The notes under the pieces: generated by a model
What the model saw: only the letters and a program-made list of their open reading frames with translations
Database searches by the model: none
Told to the model about the DNA's origin: nothing
In this document: positions 1-13,409 of the stretch, piece after piece
How positions within the stretch are numbered: the stretch's first letter is position 1
Layout: each line of letters starts with the position of its first letter
Assembly (NCBI RefSeq): GCF_964204645.1
Contig: NC_134036.1
Location: 5,672,600-5,736,599 of the forward strand
DNA length: 64,000 nucleotides
From: Tubulanus polymorphus
Taxonomy: Eukaryota > Animalia > Nemertea
Reading direction: 5' to 3'
Position numbers and translations under genes: made by a program

Positions 1-3000
1 GACACTAAAATACATTCAAATCAAATGTAAGCTTTTAGTACAGTTGTACAAATTATCGGATTGGAACGTCTCTAATCCGTTGATTCAGATCTCTAATAAC
101 GAGTCGGGAGTGCTCATTCCCGATGACAACAGTTTACACGTAATAACTCGATCAAAACACTTACACTGCTGGTCTATCACAGTGCAAGTGTTACAGTACG
201 TCGTCTTCAACTGGACACGTGATCTCGTCACGTCCGGTGACGTCATCGGTGTATATAAACAAGAAGGGTTACGCGTTGTAGGAACTGATATTTTACTCGG
301 ATACAACTACCTGGAATCACTGAGTGTTAAATCTGACGGCTTTCTCGTCATTCTGTGCGTGTTGGTGAACAGAGAACTTACGAGGTCACGAATAGAAATG
401 AACTTTAAAGTGGGATCACTATCGATAAAAGATGTACACGTCACTTATCATTGGAAATCGGTGAGTATAAATTCAAATGGTCGTTTGTTGGAATGAATGT
501 TACTTGTAAATTCTAAATCTAAATATCAACTGACATCATAGATTTTATATTTACAGATTCCAAATTTAAAATCCCGCGAGATCTTCCCGTCATCGAAGAA
601 AACGATACCAACGTATCGCATAAATACAATAGTATCTAAAAGGAAAGTTGATATTTCTGAAGAAAATATGGAACTGACTGTTTTATCAGAGAACTGCGAG
701 CGAGCTGGATTTTATATATTTGATGGTGGTAATTTCAAAGCTAGACGATACGGTCCGTACTGTCCTCGTTTGAAGACATACGACCGTAACGTCGTCAGTC
801 TGATTACATCAGGTGGATCGGTTACTGTAGTAGGATACGCTTATAACTGGGACGGTCAGTTAACAGTCGATAAGAAATCATATCTCAGATTTCGTCCTAC
901 CGACTGTGACGGGTATGTTTTAAAGGAAGGAGAACGTCGGATCCATAAGAGGTCACGCTGTCTCGTGATTACACCCGAAAACCGACGCCTTCCTATAAGG
1001 ACCATCAATATATTATCAGATCAAGAATATCGAATTGATCGATGCTATCCTGGTCGGTTGCGATCGTGTCCGTGGAAATTAAGACTCATTAGTAAATCAC
1101 TCACTGAAAACATCGTGTTAACCACGGTGATCATGGGATTCAGTAGTTTCAGAGTTGTCCCACTTATCATAAAACTACGTCATAAATGTTTTGGATTGAA
1201 CAACCCTGTTGACACATTTTTGTATTCTGAATTCAGCAAAAATAATGTAAATTCATTTGATGATACATGCGGACTGATTGAGTCACCTAACTTTCCAGCA
1301 AGGGCAGGATACTCATCGGTGTCTTCATACTATAATTTTATAAACATAATTAAACGGGTACAAAAATTTCAATATTATAGATTTATCATCAAATCTATAG
1401 AATCGATCAGTTGCACCGAAGATGACAAAACGGAAAAAAGCCCGATACTTTTCATTCAAGAGATATTTCTGCAAAAAATTGGAACGTCCAGTCATCGTCT
1501 GAAAATTTGTGGAAATATGGCAACGAAAGGACTCGCATTTCATAGTTTAACGCATAATCATATATATTTTGAAATAAGTAATAAAATTGCTAGATTTCAA
1601 ATACAATACATTTTACGCCAGACGTTAGCGATCGAATATTCCAATGGTGATCGCTGTCAACGAGGATTTTTAGATTCGGGAATTTCGTGCGTGAAATACA
1701 TCAAAGATGAACGTCTGAATTGGGAGAATGCTGAATTGTATTGTAGACAGAAGTACGCGGTACATCTACTCAGTATCAACTCCGAACAGGAAATGATTTC
1801 TATTAAAACATTATTCGCTACAGAACTTCTGCGACAGGCCTATTCAAAGCAATTACTCATAATGATGATTGGATTAAAACAGCAGGCAAGTTTATGACTG
1901 TTTCTGTTCAAATCTACCTGATTTGTTCTACAAATATGTGCTTCTTTTTATGATTTCCAGCCTACAAAAGATGATTATTCATGGACTGATGGGAAACCAT
2001 TGAGCTACACAGAGTGGTATAAACCTACAAATAACGACACGATACCAGAAGTTATTCGAGGATTGATATCTCCTCTCAGAAAACAACCGATTAATGACGT
2101 CAATATGCCGTGTACAGCGCTGATACTGAATAATCCACGAGGATCAGCGAACTGGGTTCGATTCCCCTGCGAAATCGAACACGTTCACACGAGCTTCATT
2201 TGTGAACTACCAATAATCGGTATCAATGATGTGAATCATGTAGAAAATACAACAGTTGAAACATCGTATCCAACAATTAATGCCACAATTACTATACGAA
2301 GAAATATGTTTCATGACGCACATATCAATGATTCGAAATGCACGATTGGTTGGGTAAGCATAGATGAACACTGCTTTCAAATACTGACTGCCTGGAACAA
2401 ACATCGAGGTTTAGACAGAATAACCGGCAAAGAGATGTGTCATAACATACATGGTGAAATAGGTAAAATGAAAACCAGCCACAGAGGAAACGAAACAATG
2501 AACTTGATAAACACATTTCACTATCAGCATCAGTATAGTCCTATATTAGCAATGGATTCTTATGACAACCCCCTATTAATAACCCCAATAATCACAAGAG
2601 ATGAAATTACTTATATTCAATCAGTTAAATGGACGATGAAACAGTTTGATAATGCGACAGATACAGCGCGTTCTGTTTTGTGTTCATACAATGTTACTGA
2701 TGAAGAGTTAGCTTCTATAAGCGGTTGTAAATCGTGGCAGTTTAAATGTAACGATCAAAGATGTATCAGTGACCATCGCGTATGTGATACCAGACACGAC
2801 TGTCAACACGGTGAAGATGAACTCAATTGTACGGATATCAATTTACACAGTCAGTTTCAATGCAATGATGGTCAAATTATATCAATAAGTGGTTTCTGTG
2901 ATTTCATACAGGATTGTGTGGATGGTTCTGATGAGAACTCATGTTTTCATCCTGCGTGTTTGTCCGATAAATTTCGCTGCCGAAGTGGTCATTGTGTCGG

Positions 3001-5236
3001 TAGGTCTTACAGATGTGATGGAGTCACTAACTGTAAAGACGGTTCCGATGAAAAAGGATGCACTGCTAAATTGTGCCAGGGGTTCCTGTGTAACAGTGGC
3101 GACTGTATCAGTTCTCAGTTGTATCAGGATGGTGTCGTGGATTGTAGTGGAAGCCTGGAAGAAGATGAATTAGTAACAACTACTAATGTTACAGTGAATC
3201 CTACTGTTTATTGCAACAATGAGATCCACTGTACGACTAACTTCACTAATTTCTGCATTGAATCTGACGAACAAAGATGTTCTTTCAATTCTCCTCATTG
3301 TTATTCAAGACGTCACAGATGTATTCTAGAAAGAATGAAAAATGGATTCCCAGTTTGTAGAAATCTCGAGCACGTATTAAGATGTGAAAAATTTGAATGT
3401 CCAGCTGGTACTGTAAAATGTCCTGCATCGTACTGTATACCGATCAGACAAGTGTGCGACGGTCAATCAGATTGTCCGAATTCAGAAGATGAACAAAACT
3501 GCGAGACATTTTCATGTCCAGGAATGTTTAAATGTGGTCAGGAAAATCGGTGTATTCCACAATCTGAAGTTTGTGATGGTTTCGTAAATTGCAAATATAC
3601 AACTGATGACGAGGCTTTCTGTAACGTCACGTGTTCTAGAGGTTGTAAGTGTCAAGGCTTTTTGATCGACTGTGGAAATACTGGTTTAACAAATATTAGT
3701 GGTCTGTTCTTGCCTTCAATTCGAGTTTTAACTCTACCAAATAACCAAATACATTTCAACAAATCGACATTTTATTTACTTAACTATCTGTACGTTCTCA
3801 ACATCTCCTTCAATGAAATGTCTCATATTTTCCCAAATTCGTTCTCAAACCTACATAATCTACACGCACTGGACCTGACACACAACAACATAACATCATT
3901 ATCCACAAATACATTCACTGGTCTTTACAGTTTGAAAGAGTTATTGATAACTGAAAATCCAATACGTCATTTAGAGGACGATACATTCCAAGATTTGAAA
4001 TCACTTAAAGTTCTTGATCTTCATGGACTTTTCTTACTTGGGCTTGGCAAAAATGGATTTCAGGGTTTATCTAAATTACGGCTACTGAACGTCAGCAGTA
4101 ACAGAATTCATCATGTTTCCAGATATGCCTTTTCAGGATTGAATGAACTTAGAATTCTCGATATAACCAATAACTCTGTATTCATTTCCACAGAGCGAGA
4201 CGTTTTCAAAAATCTGACATCTTTAGTTTTCCTAGCGTCCGATGCTTACAAATTTTGCTGCATGGCTCCGAATGTTGACACGTGCCTTCCTGAAGCTGAT
4301 CAATTTTCCTCCTGTGCTGATCTGATGGGTAACACCGTCCTCAGAGCTATCATCTGGGTAATCGCTGCGTTCAGTTTCTTTCTGAACAGTTGCGTCATTT
4401 TAATTCGTATTCGTTCTAATCGACTTTCATCCTCCGAAAATCGGAACACATCTTCTGACATCCTCATTATCAATATCGCTGCTTGTGATTTTCTCATGTC
4501 GATATATTTGTTTTTGATCGCGGGAGCAGATTACTTTTTTAAAGGAGTTTATTTCCTGAATTCTGAAACTTGGTCGGACAGTTCATTATGTAGTTTCGCT
4601 GGGGTTATGGTGACTATTTCTTGTGAAGGCTCATTGACGTTTCTGTTCATTCTAACACGCCATAGATTTTCAAATATTGTGGATCCATTTTCTGGAAGCC
4701 CGATTACATCTCCAAGATATGTGTCCATCATGTGTTGTATTTGTTGGTTATCAATAGGTACGATTTCTATCATACCACTTTCAAAATCATCTTATTTCGG
4801 GAACAAATTCTACGGTACTACTGGAGTTTGTTTACCAATAAATTTCATTTCAATCGATGTCAACGCCTGGCAATATTCATTCGCTATTTTTGCTGTGTTT
4901 AACTCTGGCATACTGACAACCATAATGGTGACTTATATGCAAATGTACAGAATCGTATCTGGAAGCAGGTCTGGTTCGGGTAGAATCGATCCTACCGAAC
5001 TGGTCTTAGCGCGCAGGAGTTTGGTGATAAATCTGTGTAATTTATTTTGCTGGCTGCCGTTAATTATCGTTCAGTTTTGCGCGGCATTACGGGTAGAAAT
5101 ACCGAATCAGGTGGCGGCTTGGCTAGCGGTTCTTTTCTTACCGATCAACTCGTCCCTCAATCCCCTTCTATATACAATACTGACTATCGATATGAAATCT
5201 GTACGAGCAAAAACTAAACGCGGATACAAGAAATAG
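1..5236 (+). CDS. GRL101-like LGR-type GPCR (CUB-like/C-type lectin/LDLa/LRR/7TM), copy 1, 5'-truncated by the window edge
   Basis: Exons <1-460, 557-1885, 1961-5236. Intron 461-556 (GTGAGT..TTACAG) and intron 1886-1960 (GCAAGT..TTCCAG) are both phase 0 and join ORFs 44, 668 and 2000 in frame. Motifs: CTLD LNWENAELYC, LDLa CDGVTNCKDGSDE, LRR LDLTHNNI, hinge FCC..FSSCADLM, TM7 LPINSSLNPLLY. Confidence 0.9.
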
Positions 5237-7375
5237 AATACTTACATAAACAACTATCTGCGCTTCATTTTGTTATTCAAATGACAATGAAGGTGTATTA
5301 AACTGAATCACATTGAATGATTTCCTCCGCCTCCAGTGTAGAATTGTTTAAAGATACTATTCGACTGTTCTGGATGCGAGTTTTTTTCCACTCAGCCCTT
5401 GAGTTTGCCTTTGCAGAGTTTCTCGCAAAGGACTTGTCCATGCATTGCCAATGCGCGTCGAATATTATATCTAAAACTGTCTGACGTGATTGAATTGACA
5501 TGGAGATAACAAGAAAATTAATTTTTAATAAATTCTTTAACGCCTGCGAAAAAAATGTAGAATTTTTGGGATAGGCTAACGTGGGATTGCAAATTTGAAA
5601 TCGAAGTTCTAAGACATTTGGGGAATGACGAGATTTGGCGACAGGGTAGCAGGTCGACCGGGCTAAATCCCGGGGCTGCCACTAGATCCTCTTGAGTCAG
5701 GGTTGAAGTACACGTTGTCATTTGAAATAGCAAGGGCTGGTTTATGTTATGCTGTATGAAATACGCATGTGTTTAGTATGTTGTGTTTCCTTATTTCAAT
5801 TGTAACTTTATTGAATTTGGGAATCTTATATGTAATGTTCAACATAAGGATCAATAAAGAATTGAATTGAATTGTCACCTGAAACACATGCCATCAGAGG
5901 ACGCGGAGCCGTAGGCGTAAGGCGTCAAAAAGTGACTTTTAAAGGACATAACGTTCAGCTTTTTGCAAACACTTGTCTTTACGTACTCTACTTTATTCGA
6001 CAAAGCCTTAGTCCTAATACGAAACGCAGTTCGGATGATACAGTGATTAACAAGAAATACATTATATGCGGAGTAGTACAGTTCATACCACTCCAAGGGG
6101 TATTATATCTGTTTCAGTAGATATTGCTTTGATGTTTGAATATCGTAGTTAGTTTTTTGCTAGGTCATTTGCAGTTAAGGAAACGCGTAAGTGTGGACTT
6201 TTCCTAATTCGAAACGAATGCAACTAGTCATTTTTACCAGTCAACGTCTCTTTAAACCTAATAAATCTTCGCAGGTTTTGTATATTTCATGTATCTCCGA
6301 TGCCCTACACACTGAATGTTTTTTTTTTGTTGTTGAAAATTCCGAGATCTAATGGCTAGATAAATATTTAGCAACTCCCCAAACCTTGTAAGTAGTTTGT
6401 ACGTAAACGTCCTGGGCACATATCTATTAAATTAATTTTTGAGGTACATTCCGAGTGTTGTAACTCTTAACTGGTTTTCTTAGTTCAAAGCGATTTTTCA
6501 AGGTTAATTCCGAGCTACAAACTCGATATAAACTAGTTTTCGAAAAAATCTCGAAAAATCACCTTGAACTGAGAAATTAGTTTATTCCGGGTTACAAACT
6601 AGGAATAAACCTCCAAAAGTCCGGTCCGGCTCTGCTTCATTGTTTGGAGGTTTGAGATTTCGTTGCTTTTGTTGAAAGTATTGGAAATGAAATGAAACAA
6701 AATAAGCTCGATTCTAGGGTCAGACTTGGAATGTGATTCTTCGGGTCGGTTTTGTGGACCGGGTGAAATTTAGCCCGGGAGGGGGGGGGGGTAACTCAAT
6801 CGGTGTATAGTTGAGTGAAGCCTGACAACTCAGGCTTTTACCACATTCAAGACATTCCCTAGTTGGACATTTCTAGACATATTTGCTGACGTCTAAGAAC
6901 TTCTCAATCATTCGACTTTTGCGTGGACATTATGACCTAGCTATTGCCAGTGCGTTACTAGTCGAGATGATGTGTTCTATACGCACACGCAATACTTCGG
7001 CAAGCATATTAATATATCACACGAAGAGCTAATGTTAAAAAAACAGCTTAACGTAAGGAAAATGATTGGAACATTTTTAAAATATAATTGGCCATGGATA
7101 TTAACGACGCGTGGTGAAATTAAACGGGCAATTCTCGCTCGGCGATGGTAATTACTGGGATTTTAAACGATTATATATCAGAGCGAAAACTACTGGAAAA
7201 GCGGATGAAAATCCATTTGAAAAAAGTGGATTTCAAACGTTGCTGAGCGAAGCAAATAATTCATTTCGTGTAAGAAATCTAGAATTCTGCAAAATGTATG
7301 AATAGAATTTGAAGGCGTATGGACAACAGGGCAGAATTTAGGTAGTGTAGGAATTTCGTTCATTCTATCGCAGTG
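5237..7375. repeat. Duplicated intergenic spacer (3' UTR plus upstream region of the next copy)
   Basis: Near-identical to 23075-25217, and to 13410-14785 plus 16561-17211. Confidence 0.92.
6437..6618. mobile_element. Imperfect palindromic (MITE-like) element in spacer 1
   Basis: TTTTGAGGTACATTCCGAGTGTTGTAAC..TTTCTTAGTTCAA on the left is the reverse complement of TTGAACTGAGAAA..GTTACAAACTAGGAATAAACCTCCAAAA on the right. Co-duplicated at ~14591-14774 and ~24281-24468. Confidence 0.55.
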
Positions 7376-10300
7376 ATGTTGTTCGGTATGGAACAGCGAC
7401 TGAGAGCGCTGTTTATAGCGTCGCTGATCGTCTGTCAAGTTCGCATAGCGCGCGCTGATCGCGCAGACTCTATCGAGGAATCGTCTGTGACGGTAAGTTC
7501 GTCTTGTAACAACACGTGGTACGCGCTAGATTCTACGTCCGGTTACATCGTTTCACCGAATTACCCGTCGTTTACGCGCGGTGTTGAATGTCGTTGGTTC
7601 GTCAACGGCTCTTTGCCGGGAACTTTTCACATCCAAGTTTACCACGAGATCGAGCTGTCAATATTCTGTGGTGATAACTACCTTATCGTCCACGAGTCTG
7701 ATATCAGATTGTGCGGTGATGGAAAACATGAATTTCGCCGTAACGATTCGATCCCGTTGATGTTTAGAAGTAACGTCGACGGTGCGCGAGGTAGTCGGAT
7801 TTATATCATATATCGTTATGAACGAAGTCAATGTCGAATCACTCACAACTGTAGATACAACCCCGATTTAAAAAGACTACACTCCTCAACTGGTTATAAA
7901 TTTTACATGGCCATTAATAATCGTTGCAAAGTGTTTGTGGAATGGATCGGAATATTACACGATTATGGGATGAATCTCACATTTAGTCAGATCATGTTCG
8001 AATACAATCGAAGACCTCAATCAGCGACCATTGAAATCCACGACGGATGGAGCAACAGCAGTAAGCCTATAGCTCTTATACGAGAACAAGCGGGACATCC
8101 GCCTTCATCGTTTTATACTAAAACAAATAATGCATTCATCTTTCCGACACTAAAATACATTCAAATCAAATGTAAGCTTTTAGTACAGTTGTACAAATTA
8201 TCGGATTGGAACGTCTCTAATCCGTTGATTCAGATTTCTAATAACGAGTCGGGAGTGCTCATTCCCGATGACAACAGTTTACACGTAATAACTCGATCAA
8301 AACACTTACACTGCTGGTCTATCACAGTGCAAGTGTTACAGTACGTCGTCTTCAACTGGACACGTGATCTCGTCACGTCCGGTGACGTCATCGGTGTATA
8401 TAAACAAGAAGGGTTACGCGTTGTAGGAACTGATATTTTACTCGGATACAACTACCTGGAATCACTGAGTGTTAAATCTGACGGTTTTCTCGTCATTCTG
8501 TGCGTGTTGGTGAACAGAGAACTTACGAGGTCACGAATAGAAATGAACTTTAAAGTGGGATCACTATCGATAAAAGATGTACACGTCACTTATCATTGGA
8601 AATCGGTGAGTATAAATTCAAATGGTCGTTTGTTGGAATGAATGTTACTTGTAAATTCTAAATCTAAATATCAACTGACATCATAGATTTTATATTTACA
8701 GATTCCAAATTTAAAATCCCGCGAGATCTTCCCGTCATCGAAGAAAACGATACCAACGTATCGCATGAATACAATAGTATCTAAAAGGAAAGTTGATATT
8801 TCTGAAGAAAATATGGAACTGACTGTTTTATCAGAGAACTGCGAGCGAGCTGGATTTTATATATTTGATGGTGGCAATTTCAAAGCTAGACGATACGGTC
8901 CGTATTGTCCTCGTTTAAAGACATACGACCGTAACGTCGTCAGTCTGATTACATCAGGTGGATCGGTTACTGTAGTAGGATACGCTTATAACTGGGACGG
9001 TCAGTTAACAGTCGGTAAGAAATCATATCTCAGATTTCGTCCTACCGACTGTGACGGGGAACTTTTAAAGGAGGGAGAACGTCAGATCAATATGACGTCA
9101 CACTGTCTCGTGATTACACCCGAACACCGACGGCTTCGCTTGAAAGTAATGTACATATTATCAGAACATGAATATCGAATTGACCGATGCTATGCTGATC
9201 AGTCGCGATCGTGTCCGTGGGGATTCAGAATAGTCAGTAAATATATCACTGACAGCATCGTGTTCACCACAGTATTCATGGGCAGTGGACGTTTGTTCCG
9301 GACGTCTCCACTAATGGTTAAACTACGTCATAAATGTCTCGGATCGAAAAAACCTGTCGATTCATTTTTTGATTTTCAGATGGGCAAAGACCGGGCAAAT
9401 TCAATTGACGATGCATGCGGACTGGTTGAATCACCGGACTACCCGGCAAGGGCACAACGTATATACTATCAACCTTCATTCTACAAATTTACAAACGTTA
9501 TTGAGCGCGAACAAAAATTTTATCATTACAGATTTATAATCAAATCTATAGAATCGATCAGTTGCGAAGCAAGTCTGCTTAAAGATAACAGCCCGATACT
9601 TTTCATTCAAGAGATTGATTTTCCGGTGATAGTTATTCATCGTATCGCAATATGCGGAAATATGGCAACGAATGAACTCGTATTTTATAGTTTATCTGAA
9701 AAACATTTTTATTTTGAAATAAAATACAAAATTCCAAAATTTCAAATACAATACGTCTTACGCCAGTCGTCAGCGATCGAGTATTCCGATGGCGTGCAAT
9801 GTGATACCGGATTTCTAGATTCGAGATTTTCATGCGTAAAATACATCAGAGATGAACGTCTGAATTGGGAGAATGCTGAATTGTACTGTAGACAGAAGTA
9901 CGCGGGACATCTACTCAGTATCAACTCAGAACAGGAAATGATTTCTATCAAAGCATTATTCGCAACAGAACTTTTACGACAGGCGTATTCACAGAAAGCG
10001 CTCATAATGATGATTGGGTTAAAACTGCAGGTAAATAAATACAATGTATAAATGTAAATACACTTATATAACTACCGTAAATTTTTGGTTTTTTGTAATT
10101 TTGTATAAATATATTCATATTTTCAATCATTTCAAGCCTACAACAAGCCATTACACGTGGACTGACGGGAAACCATTGAGTTACGCAGAGTGGTATAAAC
10201 CTACAAATAACGACACGATACCAGAAGTTATTCAAGGATTGATATCTTCTATTAGAAGACAACCGATAAATGACGGGAATATGCCGTGTACGGCGATGAT

Positions 10301-13300
10301 ACTGAATAATCCACGCGGATCAGCGAACTGGGTTCGATTCCCGTGTGAAGTGGTTGAAGTTCATACGGGCTTCATGTGTGAATCGAACAGAGACGATATC
10401 GATGATTTGCAGAATTCAATTGAAAATAAAACAGTTAAAACATCAGATTCATTAAACAAAGACACATATTTTATACGAAGAAATATATTGCAAGATGCGG
10501 CTTTCTACAACTCGAGCTGTACGATTGGTTGGGTAAGCATAGATAAACAGTGCTATCAGATACTGACAGATTGGAACAAACATCGAGGTTTAGATATAAA
10601 AGCTGCAACAGAGATGTGTCATAGCATCCGTAGTGAAAAAGGCGAAATAACCGGTTACACAGAAAATGAAACAATGAACCTAATAAGAACATTTCACTAT
10701 GAACATCAATATGGCTCTATACTGACAGTGACTAATGTCAGACTGCTCGTTATAAACCCAATAATCACTAGAGATGAAATAACTTATATTCAATCAGTTA
10801 AATGGACGATGAAACAGTTTGATAATGCGACAGATACAGCGCATTCTGTTTTGTGTTCATACAATGTAACTGATGAAGAGTTAGCTTCTATAAGCGGTTG
10901 TAAATCGTGGCAGTTTAAATGTAACGATCGAAGATGTATCAGCGACCATCGCGTATGTGATACCAGACACGACTGTCAACACGGTGAAGATGAACTCAAT
11001 TGTACGGATATCAATTTACACAGCCAGTTTAAATGCAATGATGGTCAGATTATATCAATTAGTGGTTTCTGTGATTTCATACAGGATTGTGTGGATGGAT
11101 CTGATGAGAAATCTTGCATTCATCCCACGTGTTTGTCCGCACAATTTCGCTGTATCAGCGGGCAGTGCGTCAGTAGGACTGACAGATGTGACGGATTGAC
11201 TAACTGTAAAGACGGTTCTGATGAAATGGGATGCACCACCCAACTGTGTCAGGGGTTCCTGTGTATCAATGGGGACTGTATCAGTTCTCAGTTATATCAG
11301 GATGGTGTCGTGGATTGTAGTGGAAGCCTCGAAGAAGATGAATTAGTAACAAATACTAATGTTACAGTGAATCCTACGGTTCATTGCAATGATGAAAACC
11401 ACTGCACAACTAACTTCACAAATCTCTGTACGAAATCTTATGAACAAAGATGTTCTTTTAATTCTCCTCATTGTTATTCAAGACGTCACAGATGTATTCT
11501 AGAAAGAATGTCAAATGGTTTCCCAGTTTGTAGAAATCTTGAGCACGTATTGAGATGTGAAGAATTTGAATGTCCAGCTGGTACAGTAAAATGTCCTGCA
11601 TCGTACTGTATACCGATCAGACAGGTGTGCGACGGTCAATCAGATTGTCCTAATTCGGAGGATGAACAAAATTGCGATACAATATTATGTCCCGGGATGT
11701 TTAAATGTGGTCAGGAAAATCGGTGCATTCCACAATCTGACGTTTGTGACGGTTTCAAAAATTGTAAACATACAACTGATGACGAGGCTTTCTGTAACAT
11801 CACGTGTCCTATAGGCTGTGGGTGCCAAGGTCATTTGGTCAATTGTGAAAATATTGGCTTCACAAATATTACTGGTCTTTTCTCGGCATCAACTCGAGTT
11901 TTGCTTTTGTCGAGCAACCAAATTCTTTTTAACAAGTCGACATTCCATTTACTCAACTATGTCTACGTTCTCAACATCTCCTCCAATGAATTGTTTCATA
12001 TTTTACCCGAGTCGTTCTCATCCCTGCATAATTTACATACATTAGACCTTAGAAATAACAACATCCCACTCTTGTACACGGATACTTTTATCGGTTTGTA
12101 TAGTTTGAAAGAGTTATTCATAACTGAAAATCCAATACGTCATTTAGCGGACGATGCATTCCAAGGATTGAACTCGCTGAATGTTCTTAATCTTCATGGA
12201 TTTTCCTTATTTTTGCTTGGTAAAAATGTATTTCGAGGTTTATCTACATTACAGTCATTGAATATCAGCAACAACGGAATCAATCATATTTCACGATATG
12301 CTTTTTCGGGATTAAGAGAACTTAAAGTTCTCGATATGACCAAAAACTCTAAATTCATTTTCAAAGAAAGAGGCGTTTTCGACGATATGACATCATTAGT
12401 CTTCTTAGCGTCTGATGCCTACACATTTTGCTGCATGGCTCCGAATGTTGACCAATGCCTTCCCGAAGCTGATCAATTTTCCTCCTGTTCTGATCTAATG
12501 GGTAACACAGTCCTCAGAGCTATCATTTGGGTGATCGTTGCGTTCAGTTTCTTCGCAAACAGTATTGTCATTTTATTTCGTCTTCGATCAATTCGACTTT
12601 CATCCTCCGAAAAACGCAACACATCTTCTGACATCATAATTATCAATATCGCAGCTTGTGATTTTCTGATGTCGATTTATTTGTTTTTGATCGCTGGAGC
12701 TGATTACGTTTTGAAAGGAGTTTATTACCTAAATTCTGAAACTTGGACGGACAGTTCATTGTGTCGTCTGGCTGGAGTTACGGTCACTATTTCCTGTGAA
12801 GGCTCATTGACATTTCTCTTTATTCTAACGCGTCATAGGTTCTCAAATATCGTTAATCCATTTTCTGGAAGCCCGATTACATCTCCGAGATATGTATCCA
12901 TTATTTGCTGTATATGCTGGTTATCTGTTGGTACTATTTCTATAATACCACTGTCAACATTATCTTATTTCGGGAACAACTTTTACGGTACTACTGGAGT
13001 TTGTTTACCTATGAATTTGATTTCAATCGATGTTAAAGCCTGGCAATATTCATTCGCTATTTTCGCCATGTTTAACTCAGGGATTCTTGCCGCGATAATG
13101 GCGACTTATGCGCAAATGTACATACTCGTTTCCGGAAGCAGGTCTGGTTCGGGTAGAGTTGATCCTACCGAACTAATTTTGGCACGTCGGAGTTTGGTGA
13201 TAAATCTGTGCAATCTATTTTGCTGGCTGCCGTTAATCACCGTTCAGTTTTGCGCGGTATTACGGATAGAAATACCGAATCAGGTGGCGGCTTGGCTGGC

Positions 13301-13409
13301 GGTTCTTTTCTTACCGATCAACTCGTCCCTCAATCCCCTTCTTTATACAATACTGACAATCGATATGAAATCCGTACGAGCAAAAATTAAACGCGGACAC
13401 AAGAAATAG
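7376..13409 (+). CDS. GRL101-like LGR-type GPCR, copy 2 (~1943 aa)
   Basis: Exons 7376-8605, 8702-10030, 10137-13409 with phase-0 GT-AG introns. Signal peptide MLFGMEQRLRALFIASLIVCQVRIARA, CUB motif SGYIVSPNYP..C.W, then CTLD, LDLa, LRR and 7TM. Acceptor-like TCGCAG just before the ATG suggests an unseen 5' UTR exon. Confidence 0.92.

Noticed and set aside
2207-4773. Recurrent short antisense or alternative-frame ORFs inside the receptor exons
   Set aside because: They recur only because the host exons are duplicated; no independent motifs.
44-5236. Treating the three large ORFs per repeat unit as separate genes (operon-like)
   Set aside because: Splice sites join them in frame, and the CTLD is split across exons 2 and 3.
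5298-7305. Short ORFs in the duplicated spacers (5518, 5872, 7111, 23709, 24954)
   Set aside because: Frames are broken by indels between spacer copies, and most use non-ATG starts.
10044-10136. Hydrophobic N-terminus MYKCKYTYITTVNFWFFVILY of ORFs 10044 and 19709 as a signal peptide
   Set aside because: It is AT-rich intron-2 sequence that happens to be open, and it is not conserved in copies 1, 4 and 5.
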